Shown one piece after another: positions 1-14,500 of a stretch of 64,000 bases of DNA. This stretch comes from Phoronis australis (taxonomy: Eukaryota > Animalia > Phoronida). Both the position numbers and the translations under genes were made by a program. The stretch's first letter is position 1. Each line of letters starts with the position of its first letter. The stretch lies in NCBI GenBank assembly GCA_002633005.1, contig NMRA01000003.1, positions 777,665 through 841,664 on the forward strand, given 5' to 3'. The notes under the pieces are model-generated. The model ran no database searches, was not told where the DNA came from, and saw nothing but the letters and a program-made list of their open reading frames with translations.

Positions 1-1643
1 CTGTAAAGTTTATGTACTATATCGAGATGTATTTGAACTTTAAATATTTTTTGTAGACTATTCTAAGAATAGAAGTAAAGAATATCCTTTTAAAAATCTT
101 GTCTCTCATACTTTTATTGCTAAACTTTGTCCTCGATCTAGGGCATTTTATGAGCTGACTGACCTCACCTAACTTGCAACAGGATTGAAGGTATTTTTAG
201 AATTAACAAGATTTTGCTATTTTTTGTGCTCAACCATCACCAGAAAATAAAATAGAAACTTTTTAAGGCTGATTATTGCTGTGATTTTCGTGAATTTCCT
301 TTTTCTGTTTAACTAATTATCTACTAGCCACACAAGATTGCTTACATTTCCTATCACAGCAAAACAGTGTAGTTGCATATTTACGGAAATTGCATTCGTT
401 TTAGTCGTAAATGATGTGATCAGTCATGTGTGAAGTAACACAGAATTTCGGAAAAAACAGCAGAATTCCCGTTAATACTGACAGTTGGTGACAGCAACGC
501 GGAAGGGAGTTAGCACAACCCTTAGGCTACGATAGGGTATTAGATGCACTACAATTGTAATCATAGTTCAGAAAAGCACAAAGCACAAAAATGCATGAAA
601 ATATGCATTACCGCGTGTGTCACAAAGCGGGAAATTATAATGCTGTGGCGGGAAAGCTAGACGAAACTTTCAAATCGGTACTGGTCCAGCCAAACGCGAG
701 ACTGTTGCAAACTACGATGAATCGTGTTGATATGAGTTAGGATTTGGTTTCAGTCAAACAAATGGCAAAGTCAGAACCCCTCTATGTGCAGAACTCACAG
801 ACAGAGGCAGAAGGTGAACCGGGCGTTGACTTGCACAGTGAATCAAAAATGGCTCGAATTTGAAATGTTCCCAAAATCGAGGTAGACGATACCACTGCAG
901 CCTATGAATTTGTCTCTAAAACCAGTTTAAATAATTAGAGAACTACCTGCAGAAGCAAATACATGTTATAGACACCGTGTTTTATTTATCTTTCTTTTTA
1001 TCGTCTGCACCCCAAATCACTTATACAAGCGGCTAATCTGCATTCTCATCAGAAGCCTTATTAGTTACCGTATGCCGAACCGCACAAAGTGATGTCTCCT
1101 GAAAGACCTAGTTGCATGTGATTTCAACGGTACCTACAAAGTGATTCTAAATAATTCCGGAGAGAAAAAAATCATAAAAACCCGCACATGTCACAATCTG
1201 GAGCCTAATTATTCTCAGTGATTTTAGATCTGCAGCTAAGTCGGAAGTGAGCTTCATTCAGGAACGATTCAATAAGAAGCCTCTAATCGGCGACTGAACC
1301 AAGCGTGTTTAACAAGGAGTAATTAACTTGGGTAAACAGTAAACATAACAACAAGCATTCGTGGTCAGAATACTTAAGTAAAATTGCTTTACAGTAAGGA
1401 CGTTATAAAACTGTCGACAAAAATATTGAAAATTCGACAATGAAAAACTAACTCGACGGACACCAGCCTCAGTCGACGGCAAAGTTAGGCCAAGATTGCC
1501 CCGGGCGAAGACCGACGGGTTGTTTTAGCAGGCAAAAATAACCCATTGGTGCCGATATTAGTGGCATTTTTCAAATTCAATGTTTCAACCCATGAATTGA
1601 AAAAATGTAGTAGCAGCCTTTGTTTAGCCCGCATTATTTACTC

Positions 1644-1836
1644 GAGGTCGTGGGTTGGAGTCCCACTGGGTCACACTGCTAAATCCTTGAGTCAGGTTTC
1701 TAGCTCCTCAACTCGGTTTTAACTATATATTAATAAAGCATAAAATGGTTCCAGGTGACCAGTGCAATGGGCCCACATGCCCGGCCTGCGCACTTCTGGT
1801 ATAATGTGTATCAAACCGCCTGTAATTATTATTATT
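1644..1836 (+). mobile_element. Degenerate tRNA-derived SINE-like fragment
   Basis: B-box-like GGTTGGAGTCCC within GAGGTCGTGGGTTGGAGTCCCAC, a short body, and a (TAT)n-type tail at about 1823-1836. No clear A box. Confidence 0.4.
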
Positions 1837-3283
1837 GTTTAGCCAAATGAAACCCCCAACCAAGAACTTGCAACAGCCTGGGATGGCCAGGTGACCGCAT
1901 AAAAGGAGTTTTAGGAATCAGCAACAGTTGTCAGTCATCTCAAAGCTGATACCGCTCATGCAACAGCACTCATGAATGATGCTGCTGGACAGTCACAGAC
2001 ATAATGCAGCTTTACTGCTTAAGTAAACCAGAACGAGTATTTTTTCCTTCGGGAATTGATGGAAGGTAGGCTTTGTTAATGGCAAAACATGAAAACATGA
2101 AAGTAATCAAGAATAGAAAGCACCTTTGTTTGTTTACCCTCAATGTTGTGAGCCTCACTTGTGACACCAGTCTTATAAGGTGTCCTGGATTACACAGCCC
2201 TAAAACTCTCTTTTGTCTTTCAGGTATAAGGTAGCGTGTTGTTTCCACCGGCATTGTCTTGGAATACCAGACACATTTTCACAGGTGCTGTTGGAAACCG
2301 TCGAAGAATATGGCCGTGGATATATTCCCGATTTCAACTGTTTAAAAAGTAATGGGAATAAAAAGGAATATTTCAGAAAGAGATGGTATTCGATTCAAAA
2401 CCCGACGAACTTGCTTTATCCGTTCGCACAGAAATACTACTTCGTTGATATTGAAAGGACGAATTGATTAATACAACCGAAAAAACTTACAAAGAATATA
2501 ACAATAAGGATCATGTGGAGCTCCAATGGCACGAAAACGAGGCTACAAAAGGGCGACGGATATTGAAGCATTGTGGGTAAATACACTGAATTCGAATGTC
2601 GCTGTGTAATCCGGGAAGACTCTCTTGATTAAGCCACACACCCGGATTATGATTTCCCAGGGCCCTAGGCAACCAGGTGTTTACAGGGGACTGCTAAATA
2701 AATTTGAGCTGCCCCCATTTTTCATCCTTACCCTGATTAACACGGTATTAATTCCCCTGGACACCTCTATTTTCGACTCTCCTCCGGGATGCCACAATTC
2801 TCGAACAACTCCCCCATCACCATAAAAGTATTTTTTTAACTTTACCTTTAACAAAACAATTCCGCTTTTTGACGAAAACATTTTTTATGCGAACATTAAA
2901 TTTCAAAGACGCGTAAGTGGAAAGTGCCTGATATTCCACTTACCTTGTCCGTTTCCAGCAAGGTGTCGAGTAAGTTTATTTACGCGGCTACTGGGTTGAC
3001 TACCTATTATTCAAAAGTATTCAAAGTGTTGTCCATTGCAAAATCACTTGTTTACTACTATTCCATTGCAAGGTCGAAAAATGTGCCTTGGTTGGCTCAA
3101 ACGCCAACAAATAGATCTGGGCATTTTCCTCTTTTAGTATTTGGTTATTCTATTAATCTACCTGTAATAAATGCACACAGTAACGTCACAGATAAAGTGG
3201 TATCCCGTGACGAAAGCATGGAAATAGTTTCATGAAAAAAAATTGATTTTAGGGGGGTTGGGCACTGCTCTCTTCTTTCTGAA

Positions 3284-3533
3284 ATGTTTTCATTTATCCG
3301 AGACAACGCAATAGATGTCATCAATGGGTCACTTTCTGCAGTTTATTCAGTATTCAAAGCTTATTTCAGTTTCATTGGCGGGTACCAGGATTCTGAGCCT
3401 GACTGTGAGCAACACACGAAACAAGCAGATGTAGATAAAATTGAAATGTTCTTGACAAACAACGTAAATATGAATAAATTTGTATTGTTCCGAAGCTGGG
3501 GACTAGTTGAGAATATCCTTCGAGATGATCTAG
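3284..3533 (+). CDS. stops: SOCS-box protein (STOPS/ASB17-like), coding exon 1
   Basis: ATG at 3284, open to ...RDDL-G|gtaagg (donor at 3534, phase 1). The phase matches the acceptor at 6774-6775, giving ...RDDL-D-FGFITPKFLCATL-MDIIN with no stop. Confidence 0.65.
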
Positions 3534-6500
3534 GTAAGGTGTACTGGCTATCAATATACACATGGTTTTGACTTGGCGAAATGAAATTTATTCAAGTATG
3601 TTACTTTGTCGTGAATTTTGTGTTTGTTATCATCTTGCAGGTAGCATTTTTCGTCTGGAACTGTATCTCAGCGGTCATTTGAGGAATTCTTCTGAAATCA
3701 TGTGTAGTTAGGGCTCAATAAGAACTATCTCAAGTATGCACAGTTATTTCCAATACGACATACTGCTCTTAACTTATTCGAGATTTTCCGAAGACTTCTC
3801 TTTCATTGATTGATTTGTCGTGCTGCATCTCCGGCGTTCCTTGACAGACCTGTTGTACGTCCGCTGCACGTGACATTTTTCGAAATTAAAGTTACACTGT
3901 CATGCATGTTTCTTCGATATTTTCATCTTCATGACCATAGTCGTCACCAATACCGCCAGTTTCGTTGTCACTGCCAGTTGTAAGAGTGAAGAGTTACATT
4001 TCAAGATTGCCATTTGTGTTCTTGACGGTGTCAGGGACGAGAGGAAGTTATACGGAAACGCCGGTTTCGCCGCACATGTATGAGTATTTGACGTTTCCTG
4101 TAATCCCGAAAAATCAATGTTTGGGACTAAAAAGGTACAAAAATCCTGCAAAAAATTGTTTAGAGTAGAATTTTTAAATCTTTGAGCCATCAGTTGAGAA
4201 CCAATTTTTAAAGACCAGATGGGAAGCTGTGGTTTGCAACAGCAGCACCTTTGGGATGGGCGTCGTCATTGTTATCGACGTCTTGAATCCTGAAACGGTC
4301 AGCTGTTGGTGTGAGCACCAGATGCACTCTCGTCTCATTAGTGGGGTTCTATTCGTTTGCACGGCAGTACCGGCGTCATTGTTGTCTTCATCATTGATGA
4401 CGTGAGTTGCAACACCATCAATTATCTGTGTTGGGTTTAGCATTGTTCTCGGCTCGCCGATGTTGTCCAAGCGTTGATGACATCGTCGGTAGTAGCTTCA
4501 TGGTCTTTATCATCTTCGGTGCAGGCGCCGTCGTTGTCACCGGTAGCGATCTCCTTGTCATTGACAGTCTTGTCTCTTCGTAGTCGCATCAGCGTCTGTG
4601 TCTGTTGCTGACGGAATCATTAACGTTGTTGTCAATGCCAGCGCCAGCGGTGTCTTGGTTGTCCTTGGTGTCATGGGCGACTTCGTTGTATTCGTTGTTA
4701 TTCTCGTTTCTTTGTAGACCTCAATTCTAAGTTCTTCATTCGATTTCTCCAAGTTTCGCTCCTCAGAGTGTTTTCATCTGTCTGCCTGTTTGTTTGTCCG
4801 TCCGTCGGCCCGTCTGCCTCTTCTTACGCTGACGAGCAGTGGAACAGACGAATCGTAATTTTTATGACGTACAGTATGCAGGTAACACTCGTTTATGTTC
4901 TCCATTTCCTGGAACTCCTCAAGAGACTGCAGAGTGGGCATGAGCTGTACGAACATTTCGTGAGTACTTTCACCTGGCAATTTAATTATTTTCTTCTCGT
5001 ATGACTAAACAGAGTATTTTTAATTTATTTTTTTAGAAACTTCCCAGGTTTTAAGTTGCACATTTTCTCTAAAAACAAAGTTTAAGTGGATTAAACTGTC
5101 GCATGTGTTGAGCATTAGAGGGCACTGTGAACAACAATTAGCCAATAACAAACTGATATGTCTAGTACCCGTGGCAAATACAGGTTATGGATCTACCACT
5201 GTCACCAGAGTAAGATATAATTGGAAGATAGACAAACGCTTTAAACCAAATTCCGAAGTTTTTTATTTTAAAGCTGATCATGCAAAGGCAGACAATTTGT
5301 AGGCATAACAGGCGTCAGGGTATTTTAGCAGTGTTTCCTGGAATTTGGAAAAAATCGTATTGCTGAGGATTTTATCAATTTAGCGCACATGTTACCTAGA
5401 ATTACAAAAATGTGTATATTATTTGCTGTTTATTTTAATTAAAACTAATGAAAAAGGGGATAATAAGAGAATATACTTTTGTATTAGACAGCTAGACTAG
5501 ACAAAAATCGTGTGTCGCAAGCTGGTTTTCGGAAATGAAAAGGAGACCAAAGGTTGGCGAAAATAGGCCATTTATTAAGACTAGAATAGCGAATGTAAGA
5601 GAATGGATAAACATAGTGAAATGATACTGACCTCTGGAAAGATGGGCAATAAAAAACGGCAACAAGAGATGTTGAAAACAGCTCATACTCGTTTTTTTTA
5701 AATAATCTAGTCTGCGTTAAAATCAGTACAATTGAATTTTAAGCTAGTTTGCGTTAAAATTCATTTTACACTGATTTGAACGAAGATGAAGCAGTGTAGT
5801 TTTACATTGTTTTTGGCAAGTTACATGAAAAAGCGCAACTTTAAAAGCGGAAGCTTTTCACATTTGAAAAGTATACCCATGAAGGATGTGGAAAACTTTA
5901 AAACAAAATTGAAAAAGGGAATTACTCACGAAGCCTTTTGTAAAGGTCCTACAGCTCAGCATCCACTGGACTATACTCAGCTCTGTTTAAGGGTTGGTTT
6001 ATCGACTAGGGATATCCACTGACTATGAACAGATAGCACTGAGAAATGCATTTTTTCATGGTCACAGATTCGCTCTCTGTTTGCTTCCTGTGGTACAGAA
6101 TTTGTGTGACGATTTGTACCATGTCCTTTAATAAAGGTGCATTTCACAGTCGATGGTGAGTCAACGCTGAAAACTATTAACAGAAGCTCTTCAGGGTTTG
6201 AAAACACTACCACACTCACCTCATCTTGAATCAGTAGTTGCCAAAAGTAGCCGTCGAATCTAATCGCGAGCAATGCCTAAATTTTCGAATTCGCAATTTT
6301 GTGACTGGCCAATGTACCCCAATAAACTCTGAAGAGCTTTATTGAGTCGCTACTGGTTTCGGTGTTCTTGTTGTTAATGGATATTGAGTCGGAATGAGTT
6401 CTATCACCGGTTTATTGAGGGACCGATTTCACGGCATATTTCATTTTTCGTTTTTAGCAGCTGGACTCGGAGGAAATGGAGTTTTAAATGACTCGATTGT

Positions 6501-6775
6501 AATCACAGATAAAACAGATCAACAATGAACAAGTAAACCGGTCTTTTAGCTTACCCGGACCAAAAGTAGTTGGCAGAGAGTTGTTCATTGTAGCTTTGCT
6601 TGTTTGGGAACAGGTGCTGATTAATAAAAAAATTCCCAGGGCGCATGCTCCTGTGAAACTAGCCAGGAGGAAGTTACAGAAATTTCCAATATTGCTGTGA
6701 TTTTTACCTAATCGTCATACTGCAGGGAGCATGTTATTGTTATTATTATACATCATGGTCAATTTGATTTCACAG

Positions 6776-7713
6776 ATTTCGGTTTCATCACCCCGAAGTT
6801 CCTCTGTGCAACGCTTATGGATATCATAAACAGGAAGCGAGAAGAAATTGCCCGTATGTACATCTGGCAGGCGACAAATTTTGCGTACAGACTATGTTTT
6901 CAATACAATTTAGACGATACGTTGCTGGTGCGTACCATTTTGAAGGAGTCGTATTGGATTCTTGGTTGCATTGATCGAGATTTAATTTTACCTCGCAACG
7001 CTGGAAGTTTTATTGGGATATTAAATATACATAAGGTGCATCAACGGGAGGCATTTACGAACCAACTATTATATTTACTACGACAGACGGCAGGACTCCG
7101 AATTGACGTGCATTCGGCAGAATGCAATCTTTCACCTATGATGTTTGGTGACAGGCGCCATCTATTGTACATCGATCTTAATGTATCTTTACACAAAATT
7201 ACCCATGATAGCTTGTACACGTTAGATTACCAATCGACCAATTTGCCTTACGGAACCGGATGTGCATCGTTGTTGTATTTGGTCTGCCTTTATCACACGG
7301 ACAGTGCTGTACTGTTATTGCTACGTTACGGTGCGCGTGCGCGGAGAGCGTGTGTGGAACTTTTGTTGACACGTTTGACAAATGTTTTGAAACAGGGTTT
7401 CACAACAGAAAAGGCGAACGTAAGAAGAATTATTCACAGCCTAAAGTATTGTTTTCGCGCCAGTAAGGGGCTTCACATTCAATCGCGTCATGTGAGGTGG
7501 GGTGAAAGAAGGCTTATTAGACCGCTCAGTGCTGTGCTGCGTGGGATTGTTCCAGAAGACAGGTACAACACGCCTGCTTCTTTGAAACATCTTTGTCGAT
7601 GTAATGTCAGAAGTGAAATTCTCGCTTGTGGAGGTGTTCTACCGAATGATTTGTACACACTTCGAGACATTCCGCAGGCTTTGTACAATTATTTAGACTT
7701 AAGAGAAGATTAG
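6776..7713 (+). CDS. stops: SOCS-box protein (STOPS/ASB17-like), coding exon 2; spliced product about 395 aa
   Basis: Acceptor tttcacag|ATTTC at 6776. One ankyrin-like repeat (SLLYLVCLYHTDSAVLLLLRYGA) and a C-terminal SOCS box (PASLKHLCRCNVR...LPNDL...IPQALYNYLDL). The upstream block AYRLCFQYNLDDTLLVRTILKESY resembles insect STOPS as I recall it. Confidence 0.85.
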
Positions 7714-9479
7714 AAGGAACAAGATTTAAACACATTAAACTTTAAAATATAAAACATTGTTAACGAAAAAATAGAATAAGCGGTCATTATAGAAACAGCC
7801 ATTCTAACAGAAAGGGGTAAGCACCTCTTCCACTCTGGATAGGCGGCACATGTAGCGCGATGGGTTGTAACCGTTCCCCTCTCCCGATAGGCGGCAGCAC
7901 TAGTATTCTGGTGGGTGACCTCTCGCATCATTCCATGTTGGCATTTAGACTAGCACTTAGGGACTAAGACCACGGTACCAGTGACTGATTTTGACCTTAT
8001 CATTGGTCTGGGTTAATCAGAGCTCTTGTTTGCAAAGCTGTCTCGGACACATGAAAAAAGGCACAACTGACACTCTATGGGGTTTCTCAAAAAACGAAGA
8101 AATTCAACAAAAAGCTTGTCGTTTTACCTTGCTATAGCCACCGTGAAAAAAAATACGAATGCCAAAAATGACCACAAAAGTGTGATTTTTGCCATGTTTT
8201 AATTCACAAATTCACAACGGTTCTCAGGTGCTAGAAAAATAGACCATCATCAGAATACTCTTTTACTCTAAATTCCAGACACTTACTATAGGTTAATATA
8301 TATCATTACCAACCAGATTCTTTACAATTATCAGTTGTCTGAAGGGTACCTGTATTCGCATCAAGCAATCAAGAATCAACAAGGATGTGCTCTCAAAATG
8401 GCGGCACTTCTGATGCGTATCCTAGTAGACTCAGGCCAGATTCCTGGACATTTTCAGGGAACTACTGAATACAATTTGTGGCGTTCACTTCCTATCCTAT
8501 TTAGTCTACAAAACTGCCGTCAAACCCGACCCACCCCATCTTATTCATGTTTGGGGAGCTACAAGGGCCTTCATCGCTGTCGCCGTTTTTATTTAGTTCT
8601 ACGTTGCTGTCCGCTTAGTTAGAAACTGCCCACACCTTTATGAGCACGCTCTCCCTGTACACTACTGAATGAATGCTTAGACTGACTTGTTTTATGTATT
8701 CCCTACACCCATTTTAAATGCGAAAATAATGACATCTATCGGGCTAGTAATCTCACATGACTTTCCACATAAGTAAGTCAACTGTCTGGATCTTAGGAAT
8801 TTGACTGTATTTCCGGCTGGCACAAGGAAGTCGACAGAACGTACGAAACGAGGCTAGTTGGCAAGCTGAATCCAGACGTCATTTTGCAGAAAAACGTTGG
8901 AGGCCGAAATGAGACTGGTTCACAAGCTGGACCCAGATGTCATATTGCAGACAATAAGAATGGATACTGACTAAAGATAATCTTTTCGCACTGACCGAGG
9001 GATTTCGACATAGTCGACTTTGGCAAAGTAGGATCCCCGCGATTGGATAGCGTATATTTATTGTAGAATCATACCTATTCGGGTTCTTTGAGTTCCAAAA
9101 CGAAAATAGTTTAACTTCGAAACATCCATGATCTCTAGGGACGTAACTTATGGAGGTGTCGAGGGGTGGGCGTCAGAGGTGTCGGTGACACCGCCAATAC
9201 TTTTTGATTCGGTTGGGCAAAGAGTGAAAAAGTTGGGCAAGAATGTTCTTCATTCAAATAAGTATTCCAAATTCGAAAAAAGTGATTACATGTGGGCTTT
9301 TTACATGTTTGGGATGAATTTTCACTGGTCATTCATTTTTCCTTAAAAATATTTTTTTCTTGTGATTTTCTGCTTTTAAAAATGAAAGAGGTGCTGTGGT
9401 AGATTATTTCAGGGTCACTACAGCGGTAACTTATCGTATCCTGCCGCACTCAAAGGCTTTTTTACTAATTCGAACTTGT

Positions 9480-10300
9480 TTCAGCAGTTACGCTCTGAAT
9501 GTTCACGAAGCAGGGTTGTCTCTTAGAAAACAGAAAACAATGAAATCTTTAATGAAACCAGTTTTAAGTCAATGGATGACATGATTACTTTTTTGGGGTG
9601 AGCTCTTTTAAGAAATAAACATGTCAAACTGACCAAAAATCCTGTGGAAAAGGTAACATTCCCAAAAAATCGAATGCGTCTGCTGCACCTCCTCGACCAA
9701 TCAGAACACGCAAAGTTTAATTTAAAGCGTTTCAGGAAGTTGTACAAATTACATTCGACACCCCCACCACAAAACTAAAAGTCACAGTTTTGCACCTGAT
9801 GGTGTCTCACAAACAGCCCACTGGTTTGGGTAAGTCTTTTTGGGAGAGATGGAGGCTATCGTTTGAAAAATGCCCTTTGAATTTCCCTCGCAGTAAACTC
9901 TCGCACCAAGATGTAGTCTCAGTATGACTATAATCTGAAGAAATTAGGATCGCCTCAATTCATGAATCTGAACCTGCGAAAAATGTCTCTTTCAGTTCTA
10001 CTGAAAAAGGAAGCGAAGCTCCGAAAACACGCAAAATTGAAAGTTTTCAACCTCAAACCACGGTCACTTCCCTGCGTGCACACTAGTGTGGTAGAGAACA
10101 TGGAAGAGTAAATAAACTCATTTTTATATTGCGTTCTATGACGACCACATAAGAAAATGCATGTTTCTCTTAAAGTAACGAGTATACGGGGAAAATGGCG
10201 CTTGATAAGAAATTTGTGCCGCCAGTACATAAATGCTGAGAGGTTACTTGGACAGAGAAACTATCTGGACCAGGGATCTACTGGAGATCGAACTCAATTT
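9480..10300 (+). mobile_element. Possible highly decayed Crypton/DUF3504 tyrosine-recombinase remnant
   Basis: Frameshifted fragments appear in the expected order: SRVV-LENRKQ, KSCGKGNIPKKS (cf. GKGNxPN), HFYIAF, TGDR (cf. TGH). There is no intact ORF. Confidence 0.3.
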
Positions 10301-11447
10301 TTTTGACATTTTCCATTTTATTTTTTAGTTTATTCAAGATGAATCTATAATTATGTCTCGGGTACGTTATGGTTTATGCTCATGACTTTCTAGTGTAAGT
10401 TCGCACTTGAAAATCCCTAGATTCAAGCTACCAACTCAAGTAAAAAACTCGTAATCTCGAGTAAAACCACAAAATCATTTCAGACTCGAGTTTTAGCCTA
10501 ATATTTGGCTCGCCAAGCGAAAAACTAGGGTTTGACAGATATTGGCGTAAAACATTATATACTCTTGTATGTCTTTATCTTGATCTCACACAAAGTAGAG
10601 CAGAAAATGCCACAAATAAGTTCAATTTCGAGTAAAAAGATTTGACCCCGGACCTAGATTAGTGAAAGAGTTGGCCTTTCATTCCTCGGATCTCGGCTTC
10701 TCTGGTCGAACTATGCTGATTGGTGACAGCAACAACTTGCGATGATTGCGATACCAAAGCTTTAATTGAAATAATAAACAGGCTTGTTTTGTCGTTGTAT
10801 CGACTAATTAAAGCCTAAGTACTGAACCTGAATTGGACCTTGTGAAAACGCCGGCCGACCTTGCAAAGTACCTGATTTTTACCGAAAACATTCGGCATCT
10901 TACTTTGTGCTTCTAAACTGAGCATGCAAGCTGGTTCACATGAAGAAAAATGGGTTTGTGACAATATATGTTGAGAATGGTAAGGTGACAACCTTTTGAC
11001 ATTCCAGATGATATCTTTTATAAAATATTGGTTAGAACTGTCCTCCCTCTACCGTCTACTTTACACCTGGGAAACCTACGTTGATTTGTTTACTCTACCA
11101 AATTAAATATTCAAGATGGTGGACGAAACTTTGGACTCGTTTATTCAACATTAATCTTCACAGGCTGCCACTCTGCAAGTGCACGTGAGTACGGTCCTGT
11201 GATTACTCGTAACCCACTTTCACTTGTGTGATTTTTATTGGCCTTACGCGTGTACCTGTTTTTCTCGCAAGAAGCTTGCACTACCGTGAGACTGCCCCCC
11301 GTTGACTTGGTCCGAATCAACCAAAAGTCTTACAACCACTTCCACTTTTATACAACCTCTTAATTGAATATACCGGCAATGTAAATTACAGAATTGGATG
11401 TGAATTTCAACGAGTAAAATTCATTACAAAAAATGAACATCTAATTG

Positions 11448-11570
11448 AGGTCGCGGTAATGGTGGGATAGAACGTGCCCGAATTTTGAGAACCAGTTTTC
11501 TCCATTAAATAACGGGCATCAAACTGGTTCGCAAAAGTTGGCATGTTGTATCCGCCTATTGCCGAGTTCA
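11448..11570. mobile_element. Palindromic MITE-like foldback
   Basis: Left arm CGGTAATGGTGGGATAGAACGTGCCCGAATTTTGAGAACCAGTTT is an imperfect reverse complement of right arm AAACTGGTTCGCAAAAGTTGGCATGTTGTATCCGCCTATTGCCG. Confidence 0.65.
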
Positions 11571-14500
11571 CAACAGTTTTCTAGTGATTAATTTAAAGGA
11601 TTTCACCGCAAAACTATTTTGTATAACATCTTGTTTCAGCCAATTCCTAAAACACTACCACGACAAGCCTGCTTCAGTTAATTGATAATCTCGTATCCCA
11701 AAATTCTACGGACAACAGAATGGCGTATTCATACCTTATCTTTTGCTTATTTAAAGAAAATATGCTAAGAGTTTGCGAAAAATAACAGTAAATCATTCCT
11801 ATTCAAGACGGAATTAACAATACACATTTGCCGTTTGCCAAGACACGCTCATATTTGACCGACTGAGGTAATTACACTGTTATTTTGAAATCCAGCAAAT
11901 TATCAATTTATTCGACAATAAAATTTCGCTCTGTATTTATAAACATATACGATGCTCGTTAGAAAAAAGTGAACAGATTTGGTCGATAACAAGCTGACGG
12001 ACTAACAATAAAATCCTTGTTAACTATGACAAGACGCAATTAATCTTATATCATTGTTATGTTAATTATGCGCGCGCGGCGTTACGCACCTAAAGCGACT
12101 ATCAAATAACATACAAATTACCACTGCTCATCCAAACGGTTTATCAAGGGCTAATAAAAGTAAGTTGAAGTTTTGCCCAACCTGTTAAATTATAATCAAA
12201 TCCTAATTGAGGCAGGAGACGTTTCAATTGGCTGTGGACGATTGATGTTTGTATTTGAGATAATCCGATTTACACTTCCTTTAGGTAGGATTTCAGGCCT
12301 ATTGAGTATTTTTGTCTTCCCTTAACGAAAAATTAATATGACACGCATAATTCAAATGAATGTAAAAAGTATACATGTATCTTTTTGGTGTAATTATCAT
12401 TTCGTCACAGAAGCACACGCGTGCTTTTAGTTGTTTTGTTATTACGAATGTTGGTGTTATTGTTGTTGTTCTTGTTCTTGTCAAGCCTTATAATTAAACA
12501 GTCAGATAAAGTTGTAGGTTGTGAGTGAGATTACGCCTTCGCTATTTCGTTATAATTGCCATAAACATTCACAACTGTTCATACGAGTACATTATAAATT
12601 GTCGTGGTCAGTCATTAAAATTCAAAAGTTTTATTTCACAAGTGATTCACGTAAATAACTTATTAACTTTCGACATATGCGTTCACGTTAGCTAATAAAA
12701 TTGATGACATTTTAACAAAAGGTTAACTTTAGGAAGCATAAACACCCAATAAGTTCATGAAGCTTCGTGACACTGCATTCACCCAACCTTCTGTTGTACG
12801 TTAGCGTTGATGAATGATAAGAGCATATGGGATATTAAATTTGACAAATCTCTTTTATAAAGTGTGTAAACGGTCATTATTTCCCAATACAGATCTTCCT
12901 CGCCGTTACTGAGTGATCTTGTTGGCTGGGTAGCAGATGTGTACTAGTCCTGTTGAGATTTCCTTGGCCACATTGGGATTATACAGATTGACACACGAGG
13001 GCGCTAAAGTTGATCTCTGAAAACAAACGAACGTACACGTTTCAATAAAACAAAAATGTGAAAATTCAGATCAATAATATTTCAACAAAAATGAAATGGT
13101 AATAAAAGCGTACTTTTTACATTATTTACACACAGCAGTGGCAGATCTACGGGGGTCAGGTGGTTTAACGAACCCTCCGGGGATACAACCAAAAAGAGAA
13201 AAAATCGCCCCAAACACAAAACGGCACCGCCTACGTAAGTAAACCCCTTATCGGCAAACTCATAGGAGAAAATTTCTGAATAAAAACTGAAAACATCTAA
13301 CAATAACAATGTTCGCCAATACACAAGATTTGCTGAACTCAAGCTAGGGCAGCAATGGAATCGTTTTGCAAAATCATATATTCCTGTCTCTTTTTATATC
13401 TGAATATCTCTATGAATTAAATCCGCGAGGACTCATCAAAATTAGCATAACGGAACATCAACTCAAACGAAATGATGACAACGAATTCGCATAAACGTTT
13501 TTGCATCGCTTCATAATGAAAAGCCGATCTACCTCTGTGCATCGCCATAAGTATAGGCCATCTTAAAATGAGTGCTACCCATTGTTTTCTAGTTATACGA
13601 CTTCTGGCTACGTTCATTATCTTAAGGTCTTAATCATTGAATCAGAAAATCGATATGTCTTAATGTTTTTCTGCTCTGAAATGTTTTCAAGTTGATTCAG
13701 TGTTGATAAAAGTACACGCATGTAGTGTTTAAAGCTGTTACTGGCATTGTAAAATTGTTAGGGAAACTTGAAATTTCAACTTAATAAAAAACAAGCATTT
13801 TTAAACATTTCGACACTTTCTAGATTGTAATTACTGTTTTATCTGATCTGGTTCGCTTTACGATTAGCCAAGAACAGTTTTTGATGCAAACATTCCGTGA
13901 TTTAAAATCAGATATTCCATGTAAACAGTAGCATAACTCAATTAAACGCACACAATATTTATATTTGGTTGGATGGACTTGTCGCTGTTAACGGCCACAA
14001 CTCAACACGTCGTAGACAGCTAGGCTACCAACGATAATTTTATCACTATTTTTGAAATAAACAGGCAGCAGTTAGCGGCGGATTAGAGAGGATTAGGCCC
14101 CACAAGTTGTACTTATAATTTAACTGATACAAACCCTCTACCGTCATCTACTTTTCTATGTCGGTGATAAATTTCAATAAGATCCATGAACGAGATCAGC
14201 GTAACGTTTTTTAAATTAGACAAATGCCACTATATTGGTAAAATGACTTAACGACCGATCTAAAGGTATTGACACATTGATTAAATTTTAAATTACACAT
14301 TTTCAAAGTTTTAGGAACACCCCGGCTCCGATGTGGATACTTTACATGTGTTTAGTTAGACAGATGAACTAACCGCGATGCCTTCATTTAGGATTAGTGT
14401 GTTTGACTTGCTCTACGAAGTATGGTTATGAAACACAAACAAACAAATATACCGGCAAGTGAAGAGCAAAGTCAAGCCTCTCTGAGTCGTCGGAAAATCC

